A DNA stretch of 64,000 nt from the NCBI GenBank assembly GCA_964247055.1, contig OZ176051.1, forward strand, positions 3,472,001 through 3,536,000. Reading direction: 5' to 3'. Source of the DNA: Paragordius varius (Eukaryota > Animalia > Nematomorpha). The position numbers and the translations under genes were made by a program. Within the stretch, counting starts at the first letter, position 1. Each line of letters opens with the position of its first letter. Shown piece by piece: positions 53,442 to 64,000 of the stretch. A model generated the notes under the pieces. The model was not told the DNA's origin and did no database searches. It saw only the letters and a program-made list of their open reading frames with translations.

Positions 53442-54026
53442 TTATACGATTTTTGTTAATATACCCTCGTCGTTTTCGCTAACGATGTTAAGATCTATAT
53501 TTTCTTTTGATGACTTGGGCGGTGGCTTTTGATTATCCATTATCGGTCTGGGAGCAGATTCTAGATCGGGATATACTAATGTTTTGGTCAAAATACGCGT
53601 TGCAAGGGTCTTATTATCCATCATACAAAACAAACAATCTAATAAATAAAAAAAATAATTACCATTTATGTGATTTTTCGGGATTCGCCAAACCATCGGT
53701 ATAGTAAAGGGAAAGCGCACGTTCTTATTCTTTTTCCACCTGTACAATGTAATATTACATAATGTGCATATATTAGGCGGAGCCCATGTCTTTTTATAGT
53801 CAGCTAATTTGTCTTTGAAGTAGGATTCGTACATAGAAATGATGGAGGAGTTGATTGCAAACATACTGGATTTTTTGTGAATTTTTCCACATATATAGCA
53901 GAATCGTTCTCTACTTATTTTACAAAGCCTGGTCCGACCTTTAAAAATTAAAACTAACATACTTTTATTTTGTAGGATATAGGCGGGAACCTCATAACCC
54001 TCCATGTGGTCAGTTTTAAAATGCAC
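53442..54026 (-). CDS. Chapaev3-like (CMC superfamily) transposase N-terminal zinc-finger ORF, no catalytic domain seen
   Basis: FCYICG...YF..KL.D..KTWAP.NIC..C...L..W......PF.IPMVWR.PKNH..DC.FC...YPDLESAPRP matches the Chapaev3-type Cys/His domain as I recall it. The family assignment is from memory and needs a Repbase/Dfam check. Two in-frame 24-nt GT-AG segments interrupt the ORF. Confidence 0.65.
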   Translation of the reverse strand: MHFKTDHMEGYEVPAYILQNKSMLVLIFKGRTRLCKISRERFCYICGKIHKKSSMFAINSSIISMYESYFKDKLADYKKTWAPPNICTLCNITLYRWKKNKNVRFPFTIPMVWRIPKNHINGNYFFYLLDCLFCMMDNKTLATRILTKTLVYPDLESAPRPIMDNQKPPPKSSKENIDLNIVSENDEGILTKIV

Positions 54027-54213
54027 ACAAAAAATATCATGATGTATTTCTCAGAAAAATGTATTAGGATTCTTATGTGCTTTTTTCAAGCATTATGAGT
54101 GATATATGAATATAAAACCACTTTTCTGGTAAACTAGTCCCTTTCGTACCATGGCAAAATTTGTGAACGTTATATCAAATATATATCTTTGACAAAAACC
54201 ACTTGTGCATTAA

Positions 54214-54730
54214 CACTTACATACAAGACATTCATTTCAGCCCTTCGATTCAAATTGGGGTAGTTAGATACCCGAGGCTTTAAATATTTAATATGGATGA
54301 ATCGAAACCAGGGCAAAAGTTTGCAATTATATAACATTAAAATACCTAAATAAAAAGAAATTATTCAAGAATACTTAATATTACTTATTTATATAAAATT
54401 TAAATTTAAAGATTTAGTCAACGAGACATGTTTGTATTGCGAAATATAAAATTAATAGAAAATATCCCACTTTTTTTGTTTCTAGCAATATAAGATGTGA
54501 TTTTAAAAAATTACCTTAAATTTAGCCTTAGAATTAAATATACGCGATATTTTGCAAAAATCTTATAAAATAAAAATGGCGTCGGAGTAGTTTAATCGAA
54601 CTTTTTCAAAAGCAAATCATTTTTATACTAGAAGCATAAATTTAAATTGGAACCGTTTCTTTCAATGTTTTTTTAAAAATATTAACTTTAATATAGTTTG
54701 GGGTATTTTGATCCAATTTGAATCGAAGTG
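54214..54730 (+). mobile_element. TTAA piggyBac-like MITE, copy E
   Basis: TTAA|CACTTACATAC...GAATCGAAGTG|TTAC, colinear with copy A. Confidence 0.72.
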
Positions 54731-55008
54731 TTACACAGTGCACACCGAATATCCTGATGGAGAGATAAGTGCATCAATATTTTTATTGTGCTTTTATTCA
54801 ACCTTAGATACTTATAGCACAAATAATTTAATTACCTTTACTAACCATAATATACATTTACTGTCTGTTGCATATAAGATTTAAAAAAAATTGTGGAAAA
54901 AATGATCGTAGTAGGTTTAAGATAAGGATTTTTTACAATTATACCTTTAATTTTTTTAAAAAATGCGCCTAAAAGGCTAAAGAAAGCACATTTTTAAACT
55001 CAGATTAA

Positions 55009-55728
55009 CACTTGGATACAACACATTCATTTTAGTCCTTCGATTAAAATTGGGGTAGTTGGATACCCCAGGCTTGTTTAAATAAATATTTTAAAAAATA
55101 TGGAAGGAATCGGAACCATGGCAAAATTATGCACTTATATAACCTTAATAAACCGAAATATATAAAAAAATTTATTCAAAAAACACTTGGATACAACAAA
55201 TTTATTTTAGTCCTTCGATTCAAATTGAGGTAGTTAAATACCCCAGGCCTGTTTTAAATTAAATTCTCCAAAATATATGGAAGGAATCGAAACCATGACA
55301 ACATTTTGCACTTATATAACATTAATAAACCGAAATATATAAAAAAAATTATTCAAAAATACTTGATATTACTTATTTTAAGCTAAAACCGAAAACTAAA
55401 AATTCAGTCAACATGACATATGTGCAATGGTAAAATTGAAAAATTTCTATCAATGTTAAATGTGATTTAAATAAAAATTAGCTTTAATTTTACCCTTAAA
55501 AAAAAATAATGCGATATTTTTCAAGAATGTGTAAAATTAAAATGGCGTTGAAGTAGTTTGACATGAAACTTTTTTAAAAAAACTAAATTTTATTTAAATA
55601 TTTTGGCATATTTATATTTCTATTACGATAGAAGCATAAATTTAAAGTGGCACCGTTTCATTCAGTAGTTTTTTAAAAATCTTTAATTAAGTCTGGTGTA
55701 TTTAGATATCCCAATTTCAATCTAAGTG
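55009..55728 (+). mobile_element. TTAA piggyBac-like MITE, copy F, with a tandem duplication of the left 175 bp
   Basis: TTAA|CACTTGGATAC at 55009, a second CACTTGGATAC at 55184, and the right end AAGTG|TTAA at 55728. Confidence 0.78.
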
Positions 55729-56970
55729 TTAAAAGCAAACCAAAAGCTTTTTCAAAGATTTTTTAAAATTTTATACTAGTGTAAGCCTAATAATTATATT
55801 AAAATAATTTATATGATTTTTAAATTAGTAAGTCTATGAAAATTTTTGACTCATTTGAGGGTTGAAAATTTTGACCATATAAACCCAAATAACTTCTACA
55901 TCTAATTGATTTAAATGACTATTATAATTTGAAAGATACAGTTTTTTGAGCTCTTTCGAATGATATATAATACATGGCTTCATATCTATAACTTTTAATT
56001 TGAATTTTGAGTTTAATATTAAATCGGGGCCAAAAATTATTGATAAACTTTACTATCAAAAAATTCTTAGGCGTTAGACCATTTTTTTAGATATATTATT
56101 TATATACTTTAATGATATAAATTTTAAAATTACAAGAATGGCACTTAAAAAAGTCAATATTTGTTGTCTAGTGTTATCAATGGGTGGATCCGAGAGCGAT
56201 AATCGGACATTATACTGAATAAAGGAGCTGATGAAACAATGTTAATTTAACCAGGTTGTCTCTTCTAATTAAACAGTGCAAAGTAAAAAAGGTTCTGATA
56301 TTATGTATATTGTGATAGGAAAATCTATCAGTACTTTTGGTTTTGTTCCTTAGAAGTTATTTCAAAAATCTTTATGAAGAATTATTTTGGTGTAAGCTGG
56401 ATAGCTTATTTTAAAAAAAAATATAATTTACTACATATAAAAGACAAAGTTTTATACATATCAACTTTTAATTTTTAGATTTAGGCTGCAAAAATCCCAA
56501 ATTTTTGGACCCATTGGAAATGAACTTTTTCTCGCAAATATATTGAGAGTAAAAAATTATATATGATAGATTGTGGAATGATATTCTTGAGAAAATGAAT
56601 ATTTGTTGGAAAAATAAATTAGATTTTTTCTTAAAACTCATTTTACATTTTAACTAAATTTCAGTACAAACTATTTTATATTTATATTTATATGTGTGTG
56701 TGGTGATAGAAATGTTCAGCATAATCGAATTATAGGGAAAAAGTGTACTTATTATATTTTAAAGTTTTTTAAACCGTTTTCACCGTGCTCTAAAATATCA
56801 TGAAATAGGGTTCATCAAAATTGAGCTAAAAATTAAATTTATAAACTATAGTGCATTAAAATTCTTTTTGAAATAATAATCTACCATATATTAATTATTC
56901 TTAAAATCTCTATTAAAAAGAGTTCTCTTCAAGACCCCATACAAGATTTTATTGATAATCTAATGATTTA

Positions 56971-58985
56971 TCTATACATTTATACAAATGGAAAGTGCTG
57001 GCTTTGTGATCTCTTTCCGGACGACCGGGAGACCCATTTAAATCCAGCTGTCGAAAAAATTTAATTAATGAATCCCCGACAATAGCTTCGCCCTTTTTTG
57101 AATTACCAGTTCAGGCCCACCTCCTGAAAAAGGTTTTTTTTAAAACAGAATTCCACAAAAATCGTGTTTTTGAGACAATTTTCCGGAAAACGTGTTGGAC
57201 CATTCGATTTCAAATATGATTTTTTTTACTTTTTTTGATTGCGCTGAACATAGTCGGCGCGCTTTTTTCATTTAGGCCCTCTTTTTACTCGCTCCCCCCG
57301 TAAAATGCCATTTTTTTTAAAAAATTAAGTCCACAAAAATATTTTTTTGAATTTATTTTTGGCCCAGGGTATGAGACTGTAAAAATTTAATAAGGATTCC
57401 ATGTATTCCCTGTTAAAAGGCAAAAACTTTAGTCAGGCGTTTTTTTAAATAGGCTGCTGGGTAAGGTGATACCCACTAAAAACTGCCCGTCATATCGATA
57501 TAGCGTGCCTTTGGGAATTTCAGAAAACTTATCAGGCCATATAAGTCCTTAAAATACTACCCGTAACAAGGCAAAAATTTAGCGTGGGTTTTTCAAAATT
57601 AGCCGTTAATTAGGCCTTTCACGCTCTGAAAAATGCGCCACCATAGAGTAATTTTCAAAAACTAATGAGTGCATATGGAATCAATCATGATTCCAGATAT
57701 TCTCCGTAAATGGCCAAAATTTTAATCAAGCGCTTTTTTGTATTTGTCTTTGGGTAGGGAGCTACCCGCCTAACTACCATACCAAAATTTCGTTGTTTAC
57801 GAGTTAATTTCCAGAAAACCTATCAGGCTATAAAGTTTTATAAGGGCCTTAAATTTTACCCGTAAAAAGGCAAAAATTTAAGTTGAGCCGTTTATTTAAA
57901 TTAGCCGTTAATTAGGCCCTTTACGCCCTAAAAATGCGTAATCATTGAATAAATATTTAGTTTTGAAGCCATTCTTCCAAAAACTATTAAGAACCTAAGG
58001 AATGAATGATGATTCCAAGTATTTCTATATAGAGGCAAAAATTGTATTCAAGGTCTTTTTTCTATTGCCCTCTGGGTAGGGGCCTACCCGCCTACAACTG
58101 CGCCACCATATCGATACAGCGTGACTTAGGGGCAAATTTTAGAAAACTTATCTGGCCATATGAGTTCGATAAAGGCTTAAAATATTACCGTAAAAAGGCA
58201 AAAATTTAAGTAGAGTGGTTTTATTTAATTACCCCTTAAATAGACCCTTGCCCTGAAAAATGCGCCACCATAGAATGACTTTTTGGTTTTGAGGCAATTT
58301 TTCGAAAATCCTACGAGAGCATATGAAATCACTCATAAATCCAGGTATTAACCGAATTAAGGCAAAAATTTTAATCGAGCGTTTTTTTGTTTCGCCTCTG
58401 GTTAGGGGGCTACCAGCGTAAAACTGCGTCATCATATCGATATAGCATGCCTTTGGAGCCATTTTTCAGAAAACCTAAGCGTTTAATAGGAACATATGGA
58501 ATCCAATACCAAATATGCCCCATATAAAGGCAAAAATTTGCCCAACGCCTTTATTATACCTGCCCCTGGGTAAGGATCTATCCGCCAAAAACTGCGCCAC
58601 TATATAAAAATTGCGTTGTTTTGGAGCTAATTTACAGAAAATTTATGAAGTCATATGAGCTCATTAAAAGCTTGAAATACCCGTAACTAGATAAAAATTA
58701 AGGTCGGGCTTTTTTTAATTAGCCCTTAATTTGGGGCCTTTATGCCCCTAAAAATACGCCATCATATAACGATTATTTAGCGTGGAGGGATTTTTTCGAA
58801 TAACTTATGAGACGATGGTATCAAAGATGATTCCAAATATTTTCCCTATAAAGGCAAAGAATTTAACTCAGTTTCCATATAGGTCTATGGGTAGGGGTCT
58901 ACCGGTTTAAAACTGAGAGGCCATTCAAAATGGCGTGGTTTTGGAGTTAATTTTCAAAATACTTAAGAAGCCATACGATTTAGTT
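56971..58985 (+). mobile_element. Non-autonomous Helitron, copy 3, lacking the family 3' end
   Basis: Starts A|TCTATACATTTATACAAATGG and is colinear with the other copies. Similarity stops near CTTAAGAAGCCATACGA (about 58980), about 290 bp short of the family terminus. Confidence 0.78.
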
Positions 58986-60652
58986 AAACACATTTCTTGG
59001 AAAATATCATTTTTTTCCTTTAAAGAGGGATCAAAAATAATTTACTTTTTATATCCCTTGATCCCAGCCGTATGAACAAAATTTTAAAATAGAACTTTTA
59101 ACCATTTCGTAAAACGAAAACCTTAAAATAAATCCAATGTTGAATATTAACTTAAATAAGAGACAGTATAAATATGTCGATTTCGAGTAAACAATATTTG
59201 AGCCTATGCAAAAACTTGTAAAAGATTATTAAAGACATCCTTTTTATTAAATATGTTTTTTATTATTTTTTATCTTTCCCCTATTTATTGCAAATTATTA
59301 AGTATAATTATCGGTGAGACTACGTCACAGCGAAACGTGGAGGGCCAGCCAGTAATAATATAGTAAACCAGGAAACACAATCGTTTTTATTGATCATTTT
59401 ATAATTAAAATGATTTTTGAATTTTTTTTTAATTTTAATAAACAATCACATTTTTTAATATTTTCTTGACTTATATGGAAAAAACGACATACGCACCAGG
59501 CCAAGAACATTGAATACGTCAATAATGATAATTTTGATTTAGATTTTAGTGATCTGTTTTTTAATTGTATCCAATTAATTATTTATTTAACTTTTATATT
59601 TTAACTGGATTATCGGGACAAAAAAATGCTCAGCCATTTAATCAAAACACGTTTGATAAAATATTCGAAATAAAAAACCTTTTTTACTTTATCATATTTG
59701 TATTAACATTAAAAAAATAATTTGTAGATTTCAGAAATACGTAAGATTGTGGTTTTTATTTACATTGATCAAAAAATTAGAATTTATGTAAATTTTAAAA
59801 ATAAAGCCAAGAACAGGTTGACCAACAATTTTAAAGCAAATCCTTTCAATCCAAATCATAATTTTATTCCAAAATAATCATGGAAAATATCATTTAGTTA
59901 AATTTGCCAACTTTTTAAAATGAAAACTATTTTAATTATATTTTATTCTATTAGAAATGCCCAATAATTAATCCATATGTAGTATATATTGATTGAATGT
60001 CGTTTTAACGAAAAATAGCGGTAATTAGTTCCAATGTTTTATTTATAATGTTAAAATCAGTTTTTATTGTCAATTATATATATTTTTATATATTACATGC
60101 AGATCAATAACGACGTTTGGTGAAAAACCAGCAAAATGCTTCTGCAAATTATTAAATGAAAAAAAAAGTTATAAGAAAAGTAAATTTTAAACATTACTAG
60201 CTAACATTGCAAAAAATTGATAATCAATGGGATAAAATTCATTGTTTTATTTTCTTCCACATTAAAAGATACTACTAATGTTAAGTAAGTTATGTAATGA
60301 GGCGCATATGTTAGCCGATGTTTAATGCGATTTTTAATCGATTGAATATTTTTTTGATAAGCCCTTGTGCAAGAATCGAAACGATAAAAAACAATCTTAT
60401 TATTCGTATAGATTGAAATACGAAATCAACAACCACACATACACAAGGCAAGCAAGCTATAACAAATAGATATTTATTCGCTTGCGTAATTGGATATACA
60501 TATATTTTATATAATAAACATTAAAAATAAATTTCCAATAATTTTGATTTATTATTATTTATAAATATATTTTTTTTAAAGCGATTCTCATTCGATTGAT
60601 ATAGTAATTGATAATATCTAAGATATAATTTTTTTCATTCTACCCAAAAGTG

Positions 60653-62938
60653 ATGTCCTCCAGGTATAAAACTTTAGTTTATAGCTTCAAATATCTACCT
60701 TTTATTCCACAGCAGTAGTAGTGGGTCTTCAAGCAGCAGTTCAGATTCCGAAGTAAATATACAGTCATATATTTAATAAATATTTTTTCAAGTGTATATA
60801 TGGCGAAAATTGAAATTATACAGGGTAAACGTTAAAACTAAAAGGCAATCGAAATGCAATCATACTTTTTTAGCCGTAATTCCTATAAAAAATATTTACC
60901 AAATATAATTAATTGTACAATTTACATCTCTATTTCATAATTTAGAATTTAAAACAAAATAAGCTATGTTTATAACACTCAAATTCAAAACAGTATAGCG
61001 AGCGCGATTTTGAAATGAAATATTTGTCTTTATGATTACGTACGCTTTGTCGGCAGACTATCAATTTTTACCATAATAATTTATTTTTATCATGTTTTCA
61101 TTCTATTTCAGTCCTCGGATGAGCGCGACAAAAGACCAGCAGCCAAACCAGAACCTCCACGCAAACCCTCGGTCGAACAACCTAAACTATCAGCCAAAGA
61201 TGAGGTAAAATCATTTTTTGCCAATCTATTTCTTAAATAATAATGATAATAATACTATTTTGAAAATATTATAGATTGTTTCGTTACATACCAGTTTTTA
61301 GATTGTTCTAATATAATTTAAAGATCTTTTAACAAAAATTAAAGCATTTAAATGGGTAATTAATAGTAATCCTTATTCAAAATTAATCACCATAAAACGC
61401 CTCGTTAAAATAAATTATTAACTTTAGTGATTGATTTTTTTTTTCAAAACTGAAAATTATCCATATATTATATAAATTGACAAATATCCATAGCACACTC
61501 GGAAAATGGATGAAAAAGAACGACGAAAAGCCGAAGTCCGAGCCCGTTTAGAAGAGCAGAGCAAGAGCAAAAAAGGATTTTTGACACCGGAACGTAAGAA
61601 AAAACTTAAGGTAAATGCCATTCAATATATCATTTTTAAAATCGCTAAAATTTATGAATTGATACCTTTAACACTATTTTTTGTATAATTGTTATGAAAG
61701 GCTTACATTATGAAAAAAGCTCGTGAAGAGATGTTGGTAGAATTGAAAAAGAAGGAGGAGGAAAAGAAAAGATATTTAGAACAAAAAGTTAAGCCATTGC
61801 CATCTAATCTCGATACCATGGGTGATGGTAATCCATTTTTTCTTACCAAAAGATTTAAACAAAGACTTAAAACCAAATTTATATTAATATACAATTAGTA
61901 GGGCGCAGCCTTTTTTGCTTCAAAAGGGTCATTATATTTAAGTTATACGGCAATTAATATAGTGTTGACTTCACAATTCTTGTATAAATTTAGATATATA
62001 GATATTTCGTTATATCTAGAAACAACAATTTAGAAAATGCTTAAATATTATTTATATGCATACAATTTTTCCAAAATATATTCAAATTTAAAAAAATCCA
62101 TCCTGTATCTCTCAAAAATGTAGAGGAAGTTAGACGATTATGTGAAGAATTAATTGGAAAGATTAAAGAGTTGGAACTTGAACGATATGATTGGGATTCA
62201 TCTGTTAGAAAGAACGAAGAAACGGTACATATAGTTTCCTTTATTTTTTTAACAAAAATTTCTGAATTATTTTTTTGACATGTGCCTTGATAAAAATCTA
62301 ATTCAGTATTAAAACAAAGGCCTTCTTTTTTAAGAATCGCTTAGTAATATTTTATTTAACCCATTTATATATATATTAGATAAACACCCTTACTAATGAA
62401 GTCAATAATTTACGAGGACGATAGTAAGTTTTGATTTAATAGTTACATTTTTTTGGATTTTATTTATGTCTAACATTATTTTTTTGTACGACAGCGTCAA
62501 ACCCACACTCAAGAAAATTTCCAAATATGATGCTAAGTAATAAAATGTTTCTCTTTTATATGTAAAAATATTTTAATATTATTACTAGCAAAATTAAAAA
62601 TAACTTTATAAGTCAGTCATATAATTTAATATAATGTTTTGTTAGATTTGAAAAAATGCAAAAAAGCACAAAGGTTGAGGCACCCGATTGGCGCGGCGGT
62701 CTCAAAAAAATTGAAACTGGAAGATTTACTATGAGCGATGAAGTCGAGGTCTAAATTTTTATATCACAAATCTATATATTTATAATTTTGTTTTAGTATA
62801 TATCAATGAACAAATCATAATATGATAAAATAATTGAATATATTATCTTATTATGAAATTAAATTAAAACATTATAATTTTTAGACAAAAGCTAAACCAG
62901 AATGGGCAGCTGGCACCACAGCACAAGCAGCCGAATAA
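60653..62938 (+). CDS. TnI: Troponin I, protostome type, about 243 aa, 10 exons
   Basis: Exons: 60653-60663, 60713-60752, 61112-61204, 61494-61610, 61701-61827, 62124-62224, 62380-62423, 62495-62536, 62646-62748, 62885-62938 (TAA). Motifs: KAEVRARLEE..KKGFLTPERKKKLK, E.ERYDW, LRGRYVKPTLKKISKYDAKF, KPEW. The first three exons rest on phase consistency only. Confidence 0.88.
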
Positions 62939-63386
62939 TAATTTTCCATTTCAACATTTATTTCTATGCAAAATAATATGTATAAAGCATATTTGAGTTT
63001 CATTTCCAATGCTTTCTTTCAAATATTAAAATTTATAAGATTTTATGTTTACATCCCTCCAAATCAATCAACGGATATAGTCATTAATTTTGAATTTATT
63101 TATACGTTTTTATCTGTGGAGGAATATCCAATCTCATTCAAAAGGTCATTATGTGCAATAATGTTTTTAAGGGTATTTATTTAAATTGAATACCTTTTAA
63201 AAACAATCAATATTTCTTTTTATTGTTTTTATCTATCTATCTATCTTTCTCTATGTATAATGGATATATATTTTTGTATATGCTTTGAAACTTAAATTTA
63301 AATTAACTATTTTTAAAAAAATTATAACATCGTGTAACATTGTGTTGTATCTATAAACCAGCCTTTTAATAAATTCCATACAATTG

Positions 63387-63630
63387 TGATAGCGTAGCTA
63401 GGGGAAGGAAACGAGGCGGATGTACTGTGCACCATAGTTTAAGGGGCGCCGAATTTTAAATTTTTAACTTACTTCAAAAAATAGGTGTTTAAAAGTTATT
63501 ATTTTAAATAATGCATACAACATCACCAGATTATGAGTGGTCCACGGTTTGACATTGATTAATTTTTTTAAAATGCGCAAGGGTTTGCATGGAGGGGGAG
63601 GGGGCGCCAGAAACTCAAGCTATGCCTCTC
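63387..63630. mobile_element. Possible degenerate hAT (Tip100-like) MITE
   Basis: Left GCGTAGCTAGGGG, right AAGCTATGCCTC, with GGGGCGCC motifs near both ends. No clean TSD. Confidence 0.35.
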
Positions 63631-64000
63631 GCGGGTAATGTTAAAATAAAGATGTTTCATACATCAATTAGCAAGTAAGCCCTACATCTTACAACATTAC
63701 ATACAATTTTAGTATGCCATTTAAATTAGAGCTGCTAAATTATCTTACTTCTATACTCAAATAGTATGCATCAATCTAAAAGAAAATTTAAACGTTTTCA
63801 CGCCATTGTTTAAAAATTTTTATACATAGAATTTTATTTTTACAGCTAACGTATTACTAGAGAAGTCGAGTGCAGAAGCATACTTTGGTGATGGAAAGGG
63901 TATATACATACCTTATCCAGAAATTAAGGGGCACCTATTTTTTAAAATTTTTTCAAGATTATGCTTGATTTAACACCAGCAACAAATAGGGGGCGCTGTA

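Noticed and set aside
54731-54740. CACTGTGTAA (minus strand) as the terminus of a Chapaev3 element
   Set aside because: It resembles a CAC...GTG end, but the flank is not a TWA-type TSD, it abuts a MITE end, and no partner terminus was found.
57400-58980. CRISPR-like array in the hairpin-bearing repeats
   Set aside because: This is a eukaryotic locus, the inter-repeat segments are homologous to each other rather than unique spacers, there are no cas genes, and the repeats sit inside Helitron termini.
60800-60824. Alternative troponin I first exon ATGGCGAAAATTGAAATTATACAGG
   Set aside because: Its phase-1 donor is incompatible with the phase-0 next exon and gives an immediate TGA.
614-62938. 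A functional neuromuscular cluster (TRPN, SLC6, SLC17, RBM24, TnI)
   Set aside because: The genes are interleaved with housekeeping genes, I found no shared regulatory motif, and co-location alone is not evidence.

Overview
AT-rich animal genomic DNA. A protostome-type troponin I and a TRPN channel point to a protostome; this is inference and the species cannot be named from the sequence. I reconstructed six multi-exon genes by hand with frame-consistent GT-AG junctions: TRPN/NOMPC (-, 29 ankyrin repeats), an SLC6 transporter (-), an SLC17 transporter (-), EMC2 (+), an RBM24/38 (SUP-12)-type RRM protein (-) and Rab GDI (-). A seventh, troponin I (+), was reconstructed the same way. The rest is a transposon patchwork: a 5'-truncated RTE LINE with an 11-bp TSD, three copies of a non-autonomous Helitron with internal arrays, six TTAA-flanked piggyBac-like MITEs, other MITEs and foldbacks, a decayed hAT transposase, and a Chapaev3-like zinc-finger ORF. 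The main discovery is a class of ultra-short GT-AG introns sitting beside ordinary 40-1200 nt introns. Four are forced by reading frame and homology: 22, 23 and 30 nt in GDI, and 28 nt in EMC2. Further candidates are 21 nt (SLC17), 24 and 24 nt (Chapaev-like ORF) and 23 nt (TRPN). Most carry TAAT close to the AG. All gene models are manual and were not checked by database search or RNA data.
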